Position numbers and translations under genes: made by a program. This document shows positions 1 through 12,099 of a DNA stretch of 53,554 nt, piece after piece. Position 1 is the first letter of the stretch, and each line of letters opens with the position of its first letter. A model generated the notes under the pieces. It was not told the DNA's origin. It saw nothing but the letters and a program-made list of their open reading frames with translations, and ran no database searches. The stretch comes from Basidiobolus ranarum. Its lineage: Eukaryota. Location of the stretch: contig JASJQH010000014.1 of assembly GCA_040143965.1 (NCBI GenBank), positions 1-53,554 of the forward strand, in the 5' to 3' direction.

Positions 1-71
1 CTGAAATGCCAAAGTACCATACATTGACAGACTAGGTTAAGGTTCCCTAGCAATATAGGCATAGCATACAA

Positions 72-144
72 GGACTGGTAGCTCAGTGGTTAGAGCACCT
101 TGCTAGAGTCAAGGAGATCCCAGGTCCAAATCCTGGCCAGACCA
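72..144 (+). tRNA. tRNA-like cloverleaf, anticodon AGA (nominally Ser); probable pseudo-tRNA or tRNA-derived repeat head
   Basis: Acceptor GGACTGG/CCAGACC (one A:A mismatch), D-arm GCTC/GAGC with A-box TAGCTCAGTGG, anticodon stem CCTTG/CAAGG with loop CTAGAGT, 5-nt variable loop, T-stem CCAGG/CCTGG with degenerate loop TCCAAAT (consensus TTCGAAT), discriminator A. Confidence 0.7.
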
Positions 145-1006
145 ATATTTCTCCCTAAATAATTTCTATAAAACTAATTCAAATCATCATAGAAGCACAA
201 CAAGGTTGCAAAGCTGTAACCAAGATTACAGGCATGGAGCATTTCCAAGTGAGGGTGAATGACTTAGCCAAGCAGCTACAAGTGCTCTGTGCCAGTGGCA
301 TAGCCAGACATATTTACCCAACTTCAATCTGATATAGTTTATTCCTGACTTGACCACTTGAGCTGTAGTAAATGAACTTCCCATTGGAAAGAATACTTCT
401 CATCCCATCTTCAAAATATTGGTACAGGGAAACCAAGAGAAAAAGGTGATTGAAGAGCTGAGTGCTCAAGGTGTTCCAAGCAAACATGTGCAATTAAATG
501 ACAAAACTGCCAAGAAGAAGAAATGATTCCCACTTTTGCATGTTACATCTGATCTTAGACAGACACAGAGCACACCATCTAAAATAAACAAAGAGTCTTT
601 CAAATCTACTGATCAAGAAGTGGCTAGCCACACCATCTTTAAGTCCACTACCATGCTGGAAACTGATACAAGATGACCCTGATGTTTCTGAACTAGTGTT
701 ACAACTGCATAAAACAAAACAGCCCAAAACTGCTGCTATAGACTTCCTGCTAGACCTTTGGATGCAACACCTTGCCTCCTAGACACCTTTTTTGATCCCC
801 GTTATTCCAGGTTTTTGTCCTATTGTCCATTTAGTTTGTACAGAATATCTTCCTCTCTGCATTCCACCTTTACCCCTGAGCACTGTATTGACATCCTCTG
901 AACTTGATCACATTGGCCATCAAATTAGGTGTGGATATGATCAAGTATTGTCACAATAACTTAAGAGATTGATTTCTTAATTGTTACTTTCTTTAGATTG
1001 GTACAG

Positions 1007-1100
1007 AAGCTAAGTAAAGTTCACACCACTAGGTGCTTTTCATCCCCCTATGTATATAAGCTAAACAAAGTACATGCCACCTGGTGCCTTTCACCCCCCC
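1007..1100. repeat. Imperfect 51-bp tandem duplication
   Basis: aagctaagtaaagttcacaccactaggtgcttttcatccccc at 1007 vs aagctaaacaaagtacatgccacctggtgcctttcacccccc at 1058. Confidence 0.75.
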
Positions 1101-1529
1101 CCCAACCCCTATGCCCTCTTTTTGCAGCTTTCTCTTTGGAACAGGAATTCTTTGCAAGATTTACCAGTCTACTGAAAAACTCTCTCTCTCTTCAAGTCAC
1201 CAATTTTCTAAGAAATTACTACAGTAAACAAGCAGTTGAACTTCATTCTCCTCTAGACTTTGATGTTCAACATCTGTGGAATATAGCAAACTCTGAGTTT
1301 TTCATCTAACCTCAAAATTTCCATACTTCTTTAGTTCTTTATATTTTAGCTTCAGCATACATTGTTAGCATCTTATGATAAATTGGCTTATGTATTTAAT
1401 GATTGTTTATCTACATATTAAATAAATATTACACCCTGCGGTGTTTGTCATCCCTCTACCCTAACCCTTCTTTGTTTTGTTTGAAATAAAGATTTCACCT
1501 GGTGGTGACTGTCTCCCCCCTATCATATA

Positions 1530-1722
1530 TAGTGGCAGTAGTGGCAGAAATTACGGTGACGAGAATAGACCAGACAATGAGGCAATAACAACGGTGGTGG
1601 TGATTATGGCGGTCATGACGTTGGAAAGATGGTGATGATGATGGATTTGATGATGGCTATGACGGTAATGGTAGCGGCAGTGGATCAGGTGTCGGTGATG
1701 ACTATGGTGGCGGCAATGGCAG
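1530..1722. repeat. Low-complexity degenerate trinucleotide tract (GGT/GAT/GGC)
   Basis: Runs such as ggtggtggtgattatggcgg, ggtgatgatgatgg, ggtaatggtagcggcagtgg; explains the His-rich ORF at 1551-1790. Confidence 0.6.
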
Positions 1723-2506
1723 AATTGTCTTGGCCTACACTTAACTAGGTATTTACTAAGCTGTGTTGAAACAAAGATTAAATAGACCATTTGTAGCTAG
1801 ATGGATGAATACGTGTTTAGTGAGTTAGGAGGACTGGATGGAATAGGTATAGGAATCTTTTAAGTATGTAAGAATTCATGGGAGTTTAACTTATCATGCT
1901 TTTAGCGGGGGACCATGGTCTACATCATCGTGTATTATTAATTGTGTTACTACTTGTTCCCCCTTCTCCGTTGTGTGTTAGTGTATGACATGTTTTGCCA
2001 AGTACACTTACCAAGTCAAAAGAATTCTTCCAAGACTCTAAAAACAATTAAGAAAGTATGGATCGACCACCCATAGATGACATGTTAAATACGTTACCAA
2101 AATCGGACAATATAATTGGCAACCCCTTAAACGTAAAATATCACCAAGTTACACAAAATCTGGCCCTATTAATGCTGGCCTATCCCCAGCCACTAAGCAC
2201 GATCCGTCGTACCGAACATATGACTACTTGGTTACATGAACTTAATTGATAACCACAGGATCACTAGTATTTTTGAGCCAAAGAACCACAGAATCACTTG
2301 CTTCCCCAAACTCATAGCTCTATACTCTATAGCCTAAATCTACTACGATCGGCAAATTAAAGTGATCGGTTTTAAACAAAGTTAGTCAATCGGAAATATC
2401 TACTGTTGTTAGCATTCATATAGCGAAGTATCATCAGAAATGTACTCATATTTTATTAAGCGTATTAAATAAGTTGACTTAGAGTAAATGGGTATCCTGT
2501 ATGTAG

Positions 2507-3859
2507 TTAACAGGAAGAGAGTCGATCAGTTGGCGGATTAGGAATCCAACCTTCCTCAACTCCTTGGATATAATTCCATTGGGGAGAATTCTCTGCCTTG
2601 AAATTCCAGAAAATCCACCCATAGTTGGCCTCGTAAGCGTCCATTTGCTTCTCAGCAAATTTACGTAAGAACGCACGATAAGCACTGCTAAACATTTTGA
2701 CATTTCCTTCATTCTTGCATGTACACTCGGGGCAAACCGGCTTGGTGGTTAAGAAAGTACCATCATATCTAGCTCCTTTCTGGAACCCATTAAGCCAAAG
2801 AGTACAATCGGTAATAGCTAGACTCCACTCACCGATAATGGTACGCACCGGGCTATTAGCCAACCTGGCTTTCTCTCCGCAAGCCATATCCAGATGTTGT
2901 TTTTGGGAAAACTTGAGAAGATTCTCATCGAAAACCTGATATATATGGGCATCTAAAACTGTGTTTTTCATGGTGTTCAAGAAACCCCCCATTTCGTTGA
3001 AGAATGTGAACCCATCATGACCAAATACTGCTGGCTTATAGCTGAGTCCTGCAGCTTTGTGAATAGCAGCGTAAGATCTACTGTAGAAATCTTTTAGTAG
3101 CTCTAGAGTTACGCCGGTATTTGGAATGCCAAATGGTTCATTCAGAAATTGAATGGACAGGTCGCCCTTTCCTATTTCTTTCTTGAATTCAGCAGTAACA
3201 TTGGCCAGGACATTGATTGTACGTTGTATATTTTTTGGATCCTTTGGCCAGTTGATAGCTCCAGCCTGTCCACTGTTATCGAATCCATTCTAAGTTTCTA
3301 AAGTGTCAGTAATTGAATATATAAATCAGATATATGTGAATGTTTATTACTTGGGATCCTGGTGCACCATGTAAATCCAGCAGTACGTGCAGGTTGTGCT
3401 TAACAGCCCAACCCACGGCCTTTCGTAGATAGGCGTATTGTCCTTGAACGTAGGGTTCTTTATTTCCCACATCGACCATCCAATAGCCATAAGGTATTCT
3501 CACAGTATTCAAGCCGTACTTTGATAATTTTTGAATATCACTCTCAGTCACCCAGGTTTCCCAATGCTTTTTGAGCTGCTTGTACGCTTCAGTCTTTCCA
3601 AGTCTCGCACAAAAAGTGTACTCGTCTACCGCTGCGTCTTTCTTTCCTCTGAATTGTTCGAAGATACTTGGAGTAATCCCTAAAATTCCGATTAATTCAA
3701 TATAACCCATAGCAGATATCTCTATACAAAATTCTTACATGGTTCAAGTAATAACCAGCCACCTAGATTAGCTCCGCGGATTTTAGTGGGAAGTTGCGCA
3801 GCATAAATCGCCCCAGAAGCTAGAGTCGTGGTGAGAACAACGAGCGAAGAAAGCCTCAT
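2507..3859 (-). CDS. Secreted glucan 1,3-beta-glucosidase (exo-beta-1,3-glucanase), GH5 family; 3 exons
   Basis: Signal peptide MRLSSLVVLTTTLASGA; motifs RGANLGGWLLLEP-ITPS, DEYT, GLNTVRIPYGYW, DLHGAPGSQN, catalytic NEP, DAHIYQVF, nucleophile GEWS, GWIFWNFKAE. Introns at about 3682-3738 and 3290-3350. Confidence 0.95.
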
Positions 3860-4169
3860 ATTGAGTAGCCCAATGAAAAAAAATCGATAGTAGCCTACGC
3901 AGGATTGTAGTCAGTGTTTTAGAAAGTATGGGTTTTTATATGTTCTCTGTTACAGAAACACTTGGCCTATCCCGGCTCATGTTGGTAGTGTGTTTTGTAT
4001 TGTTTAAAGTATTTGAACAAATAGCCAATACGCGATTGGCTGTACTATGCAGCACTTTACCAATGTACGACGAAGAATATTAGGTACCCGACATCCTGGG
4101 TATTCATATTCCATCATTGGTTAGAGGTGGGATTAAAAACCAGACTGAAAAGTGGAATATCTTTGGGTA

Positions 4170-4200
4170 ACAACGCTTATGGACAACGCTTATGGACAAC
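4170..4200. repeat. 13-bp tandem duplication
   Basis: acaacgcttatgg x2 plus acaac. Confidence 0.8.
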
Positions 4201-4911
4201 CCTCATGGAACATATATATCTAAGGTTCGACCTTTCCAAATTGAATTTATCAAAGATCACTTTTTATACCATTAGTGGCAGTAACAGTGACATTTGAAAC
4301 ATCCAATTCATTTGTGACGAAAAATACGTGATAATGTGCATGTGGTGTTACCCACAAGACTTGTCAACTCGTCCAGATCCGATATGATCCATTCGCATTC
4401 GGGTATTATCCGTGATTGCCTAAAGCTACTTGGTGTAAACAAATTACTATGCATACATATAACCATAGTTTGCAGTAATGATTGGTTGCTTAGATTTTGA
4501 GTTAAAGGATTCTATCACAAGTGTAAGTCTTTGCTAATAACTGGGCTAATATTAAGGAGAGGAGGCAGAATGAGGTAAAAGATTGACTTGTTACTGGCTA
4601 AATAAATATGCACCACTGTAAGGAGCATAAATTCTTCTTGTGTAAACGATGAGAGATGGCCACGCACAAGCTATTAGTTGAAGTATGTTTAAGCTTAACA
4701 CTAACCCCCTGACACTGCAAATGATAAGTTGTGAAAATCTCAGGTCTAGCCCTAGTTGAACCTTAATCCTAAGCATATGCACATGATACATAGGGTACAA
4801 TGCCATGGGAGCAAGAACTCTCTCATACCCATAAATACGCGAGCACCCAGGTTTATGCTTATCAATAATCTTTTGTAAAAGTCTAAATCCCAACTCTTAA
4901 TCTATCAAAGT

Positions 4912-7100
4912 ATGTATTCCATCCGCAAGTCGGTGTATTCTAGATTAAACCCCACCAGGGCGTTTTATCCTCTACTGATCGACCCAAAGCGAAGATATTC
5001 TATGCTGAATACTGAATCCAGTCGGCTTAAGCCTTTACAACTATCGCACGTTGTTGGCGACTCTTCACAGCCTTTGTGTGAGGACACTATTGGAACTTTC
5101 TGGGACAGGCAGGTCAAAAAATTCGGAGATAGGGAGGCTTTGGTTGTTAAACATGAGAACAATCTAAGGTGGTCGTTTAGGGATTTCGGTGAAAACGTAG
5201 ATAATCTAGTCAGGGGTTTGCATAGCTCTGGGTTGAAGCAAGGTGATAGAGTAGGGTAAGTAGACTCTCCGTACATTCTGTTTGACATGAAAATATGATA
5301 TTAAGCCGCGACAAATAGAGTTTTCATGCCCAATAATAGTGCTTGGGCCGCTCTTCAATACGCCACCGCCAAGCTTGGCCTCATCCTAGTTACCATCAAC
5401 CCTGCCTACAGGGCTCATGAATTGCTCCAGGCCCTTCAATTGGTTGAATGTAAATCACTTATTTTAACACCCACATTCAAATCCTCAAACTATGTTGAAA
5501 TGCTCAAATCCATTGTTCCGGAATATACGAGCTGTAAACCGAATAGTCTCGAATGTTCACGCATTCCAAGCTTGAAACAGATTATCATGGTAGATAACAC
5601 GTTTGGTAAATACGATCACGAGCATTTGAATGGAGTCACCCGTTATGAAGATCTTTTGATAAGAGATACTGCACTAGATGCTGACATACGAAAATCTCAA
5701 GAATCCATTTGCAATAATGATATTATCAACATTCAATTCACCAGTGGAACAACAGGGCTACCCAAGTGAGTTTTCTCTAACATTTTGCATGTGTATATCT
5801 TGATTCATGTCTTTCATCTTTAGGGGAGTTTCTCTTTCTCATCGGAATATTTTGAACAATGCTATTGCCATTGGAGATCGTATGTTGCTTACGGAGAAGG
5901 ATAAACTTTGTATTCCGGTACCTTTATATCATTGCTTTGGTCTTGTACTTGGAAATTTGGCTGCAATGACTCATGGCGCTGGTACAGTTTATCCGAGTGA
6001 AGGTTTCGACTCTGTATTAACCTTGAAGGCGATAGAAGAAGAGAAATGTACAGCGTTGCACGGAGTACCTACGGTAACGGAGTTTGAGGATTCAATTACA
6101 CTAATTAATACTAAAAACCCTTATAATTCCTTGTATATTAGATGTTCATTGAAGAGATGAATCTTCCAGATTTCAGTAAATACGACTTAAGTAGTCTCAG
6201 GTGAAGAAAAAAATTGTGTCTTACTGAGATAAAGCTGCTAACCGAATTTTGTATTAGGACCGGTGTTGCCGCTGGAAGTCCAGTGCCGATAGAGACAATG
6301 AAAGATATCATTTCGAAAATGAATATGAAAGATATTACCATTTGTTATGGTATGACAGAAACAAGCCCCGTTAGCTTTCAATCTCAAATCACTGATGACA
6401 TAGAGCATCGGTGCGAAACAGTTGGATCAATTCATCCTCACGTCGAAGCCAAAGGTAAGTAACAAGGATTGTTAGTGAATAGAAGAGGTTATTTACAAGT
6501 TTGTTTATAATCCAGTGATCGATCCTGAAACAGGTGAGACCGTCCCCGTGGGTCAATCGGGTGAGCTATGCACTAGAGGCTACGTTGTCATGCAAGGAGG
6601 GTACTGGAACTCTCCCTCTCAAACATCAGAGGCGATCGACCAGGACGGCTGGATGCACACCGGAGATACTGGAGTTATTGACGAGGACGGCTACTGCAAG
6701 ATTGTTGGACGTATCAAAGATATTATTATTCGTGGAGGGGAAAAGATTCACCCAGTTGAAGTAGAGAATGCTATATTCGAGATGCCTGGAGTGAAAAACG
6801 TCAGCATCGTTGGAGTACCAGATAAGAAATTTGGTGAACAGGTAAGTCCCACCTCTTTATACATTAGAAGAACCACTTATCCAAACCATCTATATCTAGG
6901 TTTGTGCATGGGTCACGCCTCGAGATGGAGTTGAGCTAACTGAAGAATCCATCAGGGAGTTCTGTCAAGGGCATATTGCTCACTATAAGATTCCCAAGTA
7001 CATTCTCTTTGTACCTTTTGAGGATTTCCCCAAGACTGTGACTGGTAAAATCCAGAAGAATATCATACGTGAACGTTGTAAAGACATGCTAGGACTATAA
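4912..7100 (+). CDS. Acyl-CoA synthetase / AMP-binding enzyme (ACSF2-like), probably mitochondrial; multi-exon
   Basis: [64 protein letters not shown]. Arg/Ser-rich N-terminus. GT-AG introns join the ORF pieces; stop TAA at 7098-7100. Confidence 0.93.
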
Positions 7101-7344
7101 TGATTGTAAAAACTGCTAGAACTATGAACACACCATTGGTGGGCTTTATTTGCTCAGACAACTAATCCCTCCCCCGATAAACAATACAACTATAGGTAAT
7201 TAATCCCCTATAATCCATACAATATATATAATCTATCAGTTTACGACCATAATATATAATCTATCAGCTCAAATGTAACCTAAGACCCTTGACCCTGACA
7301 CCAGTACTAACTCTGAATAGTAAGCATTAAAAATAAAGAGCGGA

Positions 7345-8462
7345 CTAAAAGAAGGAAACAACAACTCCATACTCGTCAAGTATGGATTTTTGAAAGTTTT
7401 CGGTGATAAACTGACTACCTAAGATAGTGATGAATCGGAGCTTTTTCAACGCCAAGATCAATCTAATAAGGAAAGCTGGCTGTAGATTCGGAAATGAGAG
7501 ATATAACGCTGTGAGGCTCTGAAATCCTGTCAAAGGATCAAGTAATTCTTCCAACTCAAAAATATCCTCAGTTGGATCTGCAACTCCGACCCGAAGTGTG
7601 GTTAAAGTAGGGATGTTGGCAAAAGATTTAAGAACCGCTGGGTTAACATAGTATGACAGTGTTAATTCAAGAGTGCGTAAATTTTCGCAAGCTGTTCCGA
7701 GTTTACTAAGAATCGCCTGATCTATCCTAGAACATCTCCTTAGGGTAAAGCTAATCAAGTTCGGTGCACTGTATTTGATCACCTTACGGATCGTTTTATT
7801 GTTGATTTGGCGGCAGTGTACAATAGAGAGTTCGACAAGTTTGGAACAACGAGTTATCACCGCACTCAGACCTTCATTCGATATCTTATGACAGCTTTGT
7901 ACCGATAAAGAAGTTAGTTCAGTGCAACGCTCAGCGATCTGAAATAGTACTATGAATCGAGTTAGAAGAAAGGACTTTGTAAAGAACATATTACTCCCCA
8001 CTGATTTGAAAGGTACTTACTTATGTCCGATAAAAACTGGTTCTCCCCAAACTTAATAGCTCTTAAACTACCAAGATGAAGAATTTTGAACACAGAATAA
8101 TCTGTCACTCGAGTACAATTGAATAAATTCAGCTCTTGAAGATTTTCTCCCAATGCCCAAGAAGCAATGTCAATCTCTTCTGGGAGACAAAACCTCACAT
8201 TTGATAGATCTAATTTGACTACTATACTTCCATAGTCTATGGTCGTTTCCTCTGCAGCACATTCTCTCATAGTCCTCACGAACTGACCCCAAGCAAAAGC
8301 TGAGGTGAATCTAGGTGCATAATAGAGTTTATTTATAGCTATTAGAAAAAAGGTTCGGTTAACCTGTATTAAAGACAGTAAGTCTTTAGTAGAAGGCAGA
8401 TATTGTAAACATAGCTTAAAAAGTTCACTTGGTAACGGAGAGTGGCGATCAAGGTATAACAT
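7345..8462 (-). CDS. F-box-like / leucine-rich repeat (cysteine-containing, FBXL-type) protein; 2 exons
   Basis: N-terminal LPSELFKLCLQYL..DLLSLIQVNRTF..A...LY F-box-like motif; repeats LxxLxLxxCxxIT/SD. Intron at about 7939-8020. Confidence 0.85.
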
Positions 8463-9806
8463 TAGGTTGCTGGTTTATGCATGGATTACTCTTTATACTA
8501 ATCGCACATTTGCACCATTTTTTACACTAATTTAACCTGGCAACTGTGATCATGAAATTTTCCTAATTTATGTGCTCGTATTTTGCTGATTCTGCCGATT
8601 TCGATTGCTTTCTATTCGAAATAGGATTGCGGTAGACTGCTAGCCTTTATACCAACCAAAGCTATCTAGGGCCTAGAACAATGAAGTTGTACATCATTGG
8701 GCTTAATACCATACACTGCAGCAAAAATCCACCCTCACGGTTTTCAATCTGTCCAGTATTCTCATACAGATCAACGGGCTCTACAACCTGGTTATTATTG
8801 CCTTGTTGCACAGGAAAATGCTCGATCACTCATTATGCTTAACCCAGCTGCGACTGAAGGTCGATCTTTTATATTCAGAGCTTGAATAATTGGTTAGGGA
8901 TACTTGGAACCGAAGACCATTATACATACTAGGGTATATGCCTATCAATTTTAAACAATTACAATATCCGGTGAAGAGATCTACTTGTGATTACTTTCCA
9001 TCATTCTCAGCTTTATAGCTCCTCTTCCCGATTATTACACTGCACTTTGGCGTAAAGAGTTGGCGGTAGAGATTTTTGGCCCGATTGGTGACAGTGTTGT
9101 AAACTGGCTAGCTTGATTGGACATGTGACACTGATAGGACATGGATTGATAACGAAGTCAGTTGTGGTGGCGTAATAGGAGCACTCTCCAGCATAGATAT
9201 ATTTATATCATTGGTACAGTATAGATAGATGGCTTTTGTACAGTATAAACTAGCTAATGCTTGATATACAACACATGAAGGAAACGAAAGTAGGAAACAA
9301 ACCTAGGAAGCAAAGGTAGTGAAGGTAGCAAACAAATCTAGGAAAAGGCGGCAGCTCTTGACCTAAGACTTGCTTGCATTAAGTGCGGATATATATAGCA
9401 TATACACGAGAAGTGTGTGACTATCCAAACACATCTATATCAGTAAATCAATCACCCAATTTAAACATTTTCCCTAATTTAAGCATTCACCCCAACTCCT
9501 TGAACTTATTCTTACCTGCTCTCAAGATCCCCTTTTACATTAAATAGCATAGATAATTTATGTGGAGTAGGGTTTGAGGAGGTTATCAATTTGTATGTTG
9601 ATTTGGTCTCACAGGCTCCATCGAAAACTATTAAAAAGCCTTAATCCCCCTAATCATCTCCTTCCAACCTTAACTTCTTGAGTAACTTCATCTTCTCGCA
9701 TTCTACATACTGTTACTTGGCGATTGCTGTAGTTTTCTACCATTCCAACTCTTTATCTTCAGCTGACTTAGTTGTACGATATTCGTATATTCTCGTCACT
9801 TTTCAG

Positions 9807-11120
9807 ATGAACTCTTTCATTGAGACTGCTTCTCATGAAAATCCATTTACCACGACTGACGGACGAGAGATGAATGATTCGATATTAAACCAAATGCTCA
9901 AGTTGGATGGTTCACATATATCAAAGACTGAAGGCTCTACGTTATTGACTGAAGATATAAGTCATCTTGAACCGCTCAAAGATGATGGTTCTCCCAAGTT
10001 ACTACTAGCAGGACACGAAGGGATAGGTTATCGTTTGGGGAAGTTGGATATCGTGAACGGAAATATGGATCAGCAATTTTTCGACTGTACATCGATACCA
10101 GTTTCGAACGCCATGCTCTCAGGAATCCCTGAGCATGCTTCATTTTCTCACCTCACTGAATCACCTACCAACTCAGATTCACCCATCTCTCCCTTGTCAA
10201 TACAAAGTAGAAATGATGGGTTAAGTCTACCTTGGGATAATGTGCAAGGTTTCCCTGCTTTTACGAATATGATGTCACAAACCCCAGTGTATCAATATAC
10301 GAGTTATGATCCTCAGAGTTTAATGTCTAGACGTGCAAGTCTACCAGACAATGATATCGCACATTTTACTCAATTTCCAGACACGACCATTGGTAGGAAG
10401 CGGGTGGTCTCCTGGGCTGATGTAGAAACAAACTCTATAGGAGCCAAGAATTTAGATCAAAATCATGGACATGCATCACAACAATCGCATACACGACGTT
10501 TTTCTTTACATCTACCGATTCAAAGTAATAACATCAACCCACACATTCAATCTAAACCCTATTATCCAGCAAATGTATATCCAGCAGACTGTACTATGAG
10601 TGACTCGCTTCAGAAATTACCAGTCAATGTGAATTCTAATGAGAGAAATCAACTGAACTTTCCTATTGTCTATGAACCCCTTCCAAAACCGAAATCTCCT
10701 CCATTTCAGGATAAACATGTAACAAAATCCAAGCCTAAAGAACAGCGAAATTTGAAAGTCAATGAGAATATGCAGTCCAAATCCGGGGAGACGTTTGACG
10801 AACTTGACGAATACTCTGATTCCAACATTGATACGAAAGATTATGATCAAGAAGAAAAACAATCCAATAAAAACCCGCACCAAGCAGTGGTTGAACGTCG
10901 TCTATCCCGTCGTAGAGAGCGAAATCGATTAGCTGCCCGCCGGAGTCGCGAAAAACGGAACTTATTTTTGAGAGATTTAGAACAAATAAATCAAGCTCTA
11001 AGTAGCGAAAATGGAGCTTTAAAAGCGAGCCTTTGCGAGGCCATGCAGGAGTTACAAATGCTAAGAGCGGCTACATCAGCAAGCAATACCAATACCTCAA
11101 CATCAAGTGTCAACGATTGA
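9807..11120 (+). CDS. bZIP transcription factor (C-terminal bZIP)
   Basis: RRRERNRLAARRSREKR basic region followed by a leucine zipper; PKA-like RRAS and RRFS sites. The ATG at 9807 follows TTTTCAG, so an upstream exon is possible. Confidence 0.85.
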   Translation: MNSFIETASHENPFTTTDGREMNDSILNQMLKLDGSHISKTEGSTLLTEDISHLEPLKDDGSPKLLLAGHEGIGYRLGKLDIVNGNMDQQFFDCTSIPVSNAMLSGIPEHASFSHLTESPTNSDSPISPLSIQSRNDGLSLPWDNVQGFPAFTNMMSQTPVYQYTSYDPQSLMSRRASLPDNDIAHFTQFPDTTIGRKRVVSWADVETNSIGAKNLDQNHGHASQQSHTRRFSLHLPIQSNNINPHIQSKPYYPANVYPADCTMSDSLQKLPVNVNSNERNQLNFPIVYEPLPKPKSPPFQDKHVTKSKPKEQRNLKVNENMQSKSGETFDELDEYSDSNIDTKDYDQEEKQSNKNPHQAVVERRLSRRRERNRLAARRSREKRNLFLRDLEQINQALSSENGALKASLCEAMQELQMLRAATSASNTNTSTSSVND

Positions 11121-12099
11121 ATTTCACCATAACAATAATAACTTGTTTGGAATGAACTGTAAAATTCGAAGATTAATTGCTGGAATCATATTTTCTCAAC
11201 GTATCGTTAAAACTGGTTTGCATTCGTAAATTGATTTCTTTCTGAGCTTGAAAGCGTCTCTAAGGCCATGTTAGGCATCCCCTTCCTTTATTTTAAATTC
11301 ACCCTTTGTTGTCAATAGTTTTTCATTGAAGAGAATGTAGTATGAATGTATGTTCTCTTGGGTAGCGTCCACCTGCACTCGTTCATTCTTTCGAACCCTA
11401 ATTGGCTAAGTTTCCATTCATTTATCAGTTGTCACACGTCACTTCATTGGCTGAATATGGGACAGTGATTTAGAAAAGTCTTGGAATATAGCCTAATCTG
11501 ATGTATAATAAAACTGGTCCAATTATAAGATAAGATTCTCACTAATTGACATGAAACGGTTATCTTCACAACTCTAACCAGTAAGGCAGCGGATATCTAT
11601 TTCACTGTGTTGACTAAACTGCTCCACGGTATCTGATCTGATACTTGGTAGAGATATTATTCCTATTTATCTATGTAATAACAACCCCAGGCCACCCTGG
11701 GACATAGAGAAAGAAGCATAACGAAGTTGCCCACAGTTTGATTCAATGGAAATCGAGCTAACAATGCACCTTCGATTTCAGCAATCTTGGCATGGCTTTA
11801 TATATGTAGAAGGATTTCAATACCGCGACAAAAATCAAGTATTATTTTAGCAATTTAGAGAATTATTCAAGTACAGCCGTATCGCCTCGTATATGTACCA
11901 AATATACATCAATTGTAAAGTAAAAAACGTTCCACTTTCATTTATAACTGGCATGGATTCTTTCTATTTAACGATAAAGAAATTGGGTTGATCTGTTCAA
12001 CACAGGTTAAAACGGAGGGGAACAAATGCGATGGTTTAATGAGTAATGATGAAAGAAAGAGTTATCATAAAGGTAATCAAGGTAACAATTGATGTTTCT

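Larger units (their letters stand above)
1..1550. mobile_element. CpG-depleted degenerate repeat / probable transposon relic (family not identified)
   Basis: Only two CG dinucleotides found by eye in 1-1550 (800-801, 1439-1440), while flanking genes have many. Reading frames are broken by stops. Contains a tRNA-like element and an imperfect tandem repeat. Confidence 0.55.

Noticed and set aside
537..584. Peptide LILDRHRAH, which CpG reversion would turn into a pogo/Fot1-like LILDGHGAH transposase motif
   Set aside because: Short, flanked by stops, and a different frame is more continuous here; not enough to assign a transposon family without an HMM search on a CpG-restored consensus.
1551..1790. 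His-rich 79-aa ORF
   Set aside because: Product of a low-complexity GAT/GGT tract; no gene signals.
5761..5772. TGA right after GLPK in the acyl-CoA synthetase, as possible selenocysteine or readthrough
   Set aside because: It lies within a GTGAGT splice donor; the frame resumes after the intron.
9678..9806. Hydrophobic N-terminal extension of the bZIP ORF, as a membrane-tethered TF
   Set aside because: The ORF call starts at TTG; the segment ends in TTTTCAG before the first ATG and looks like UTR or intron sequence.
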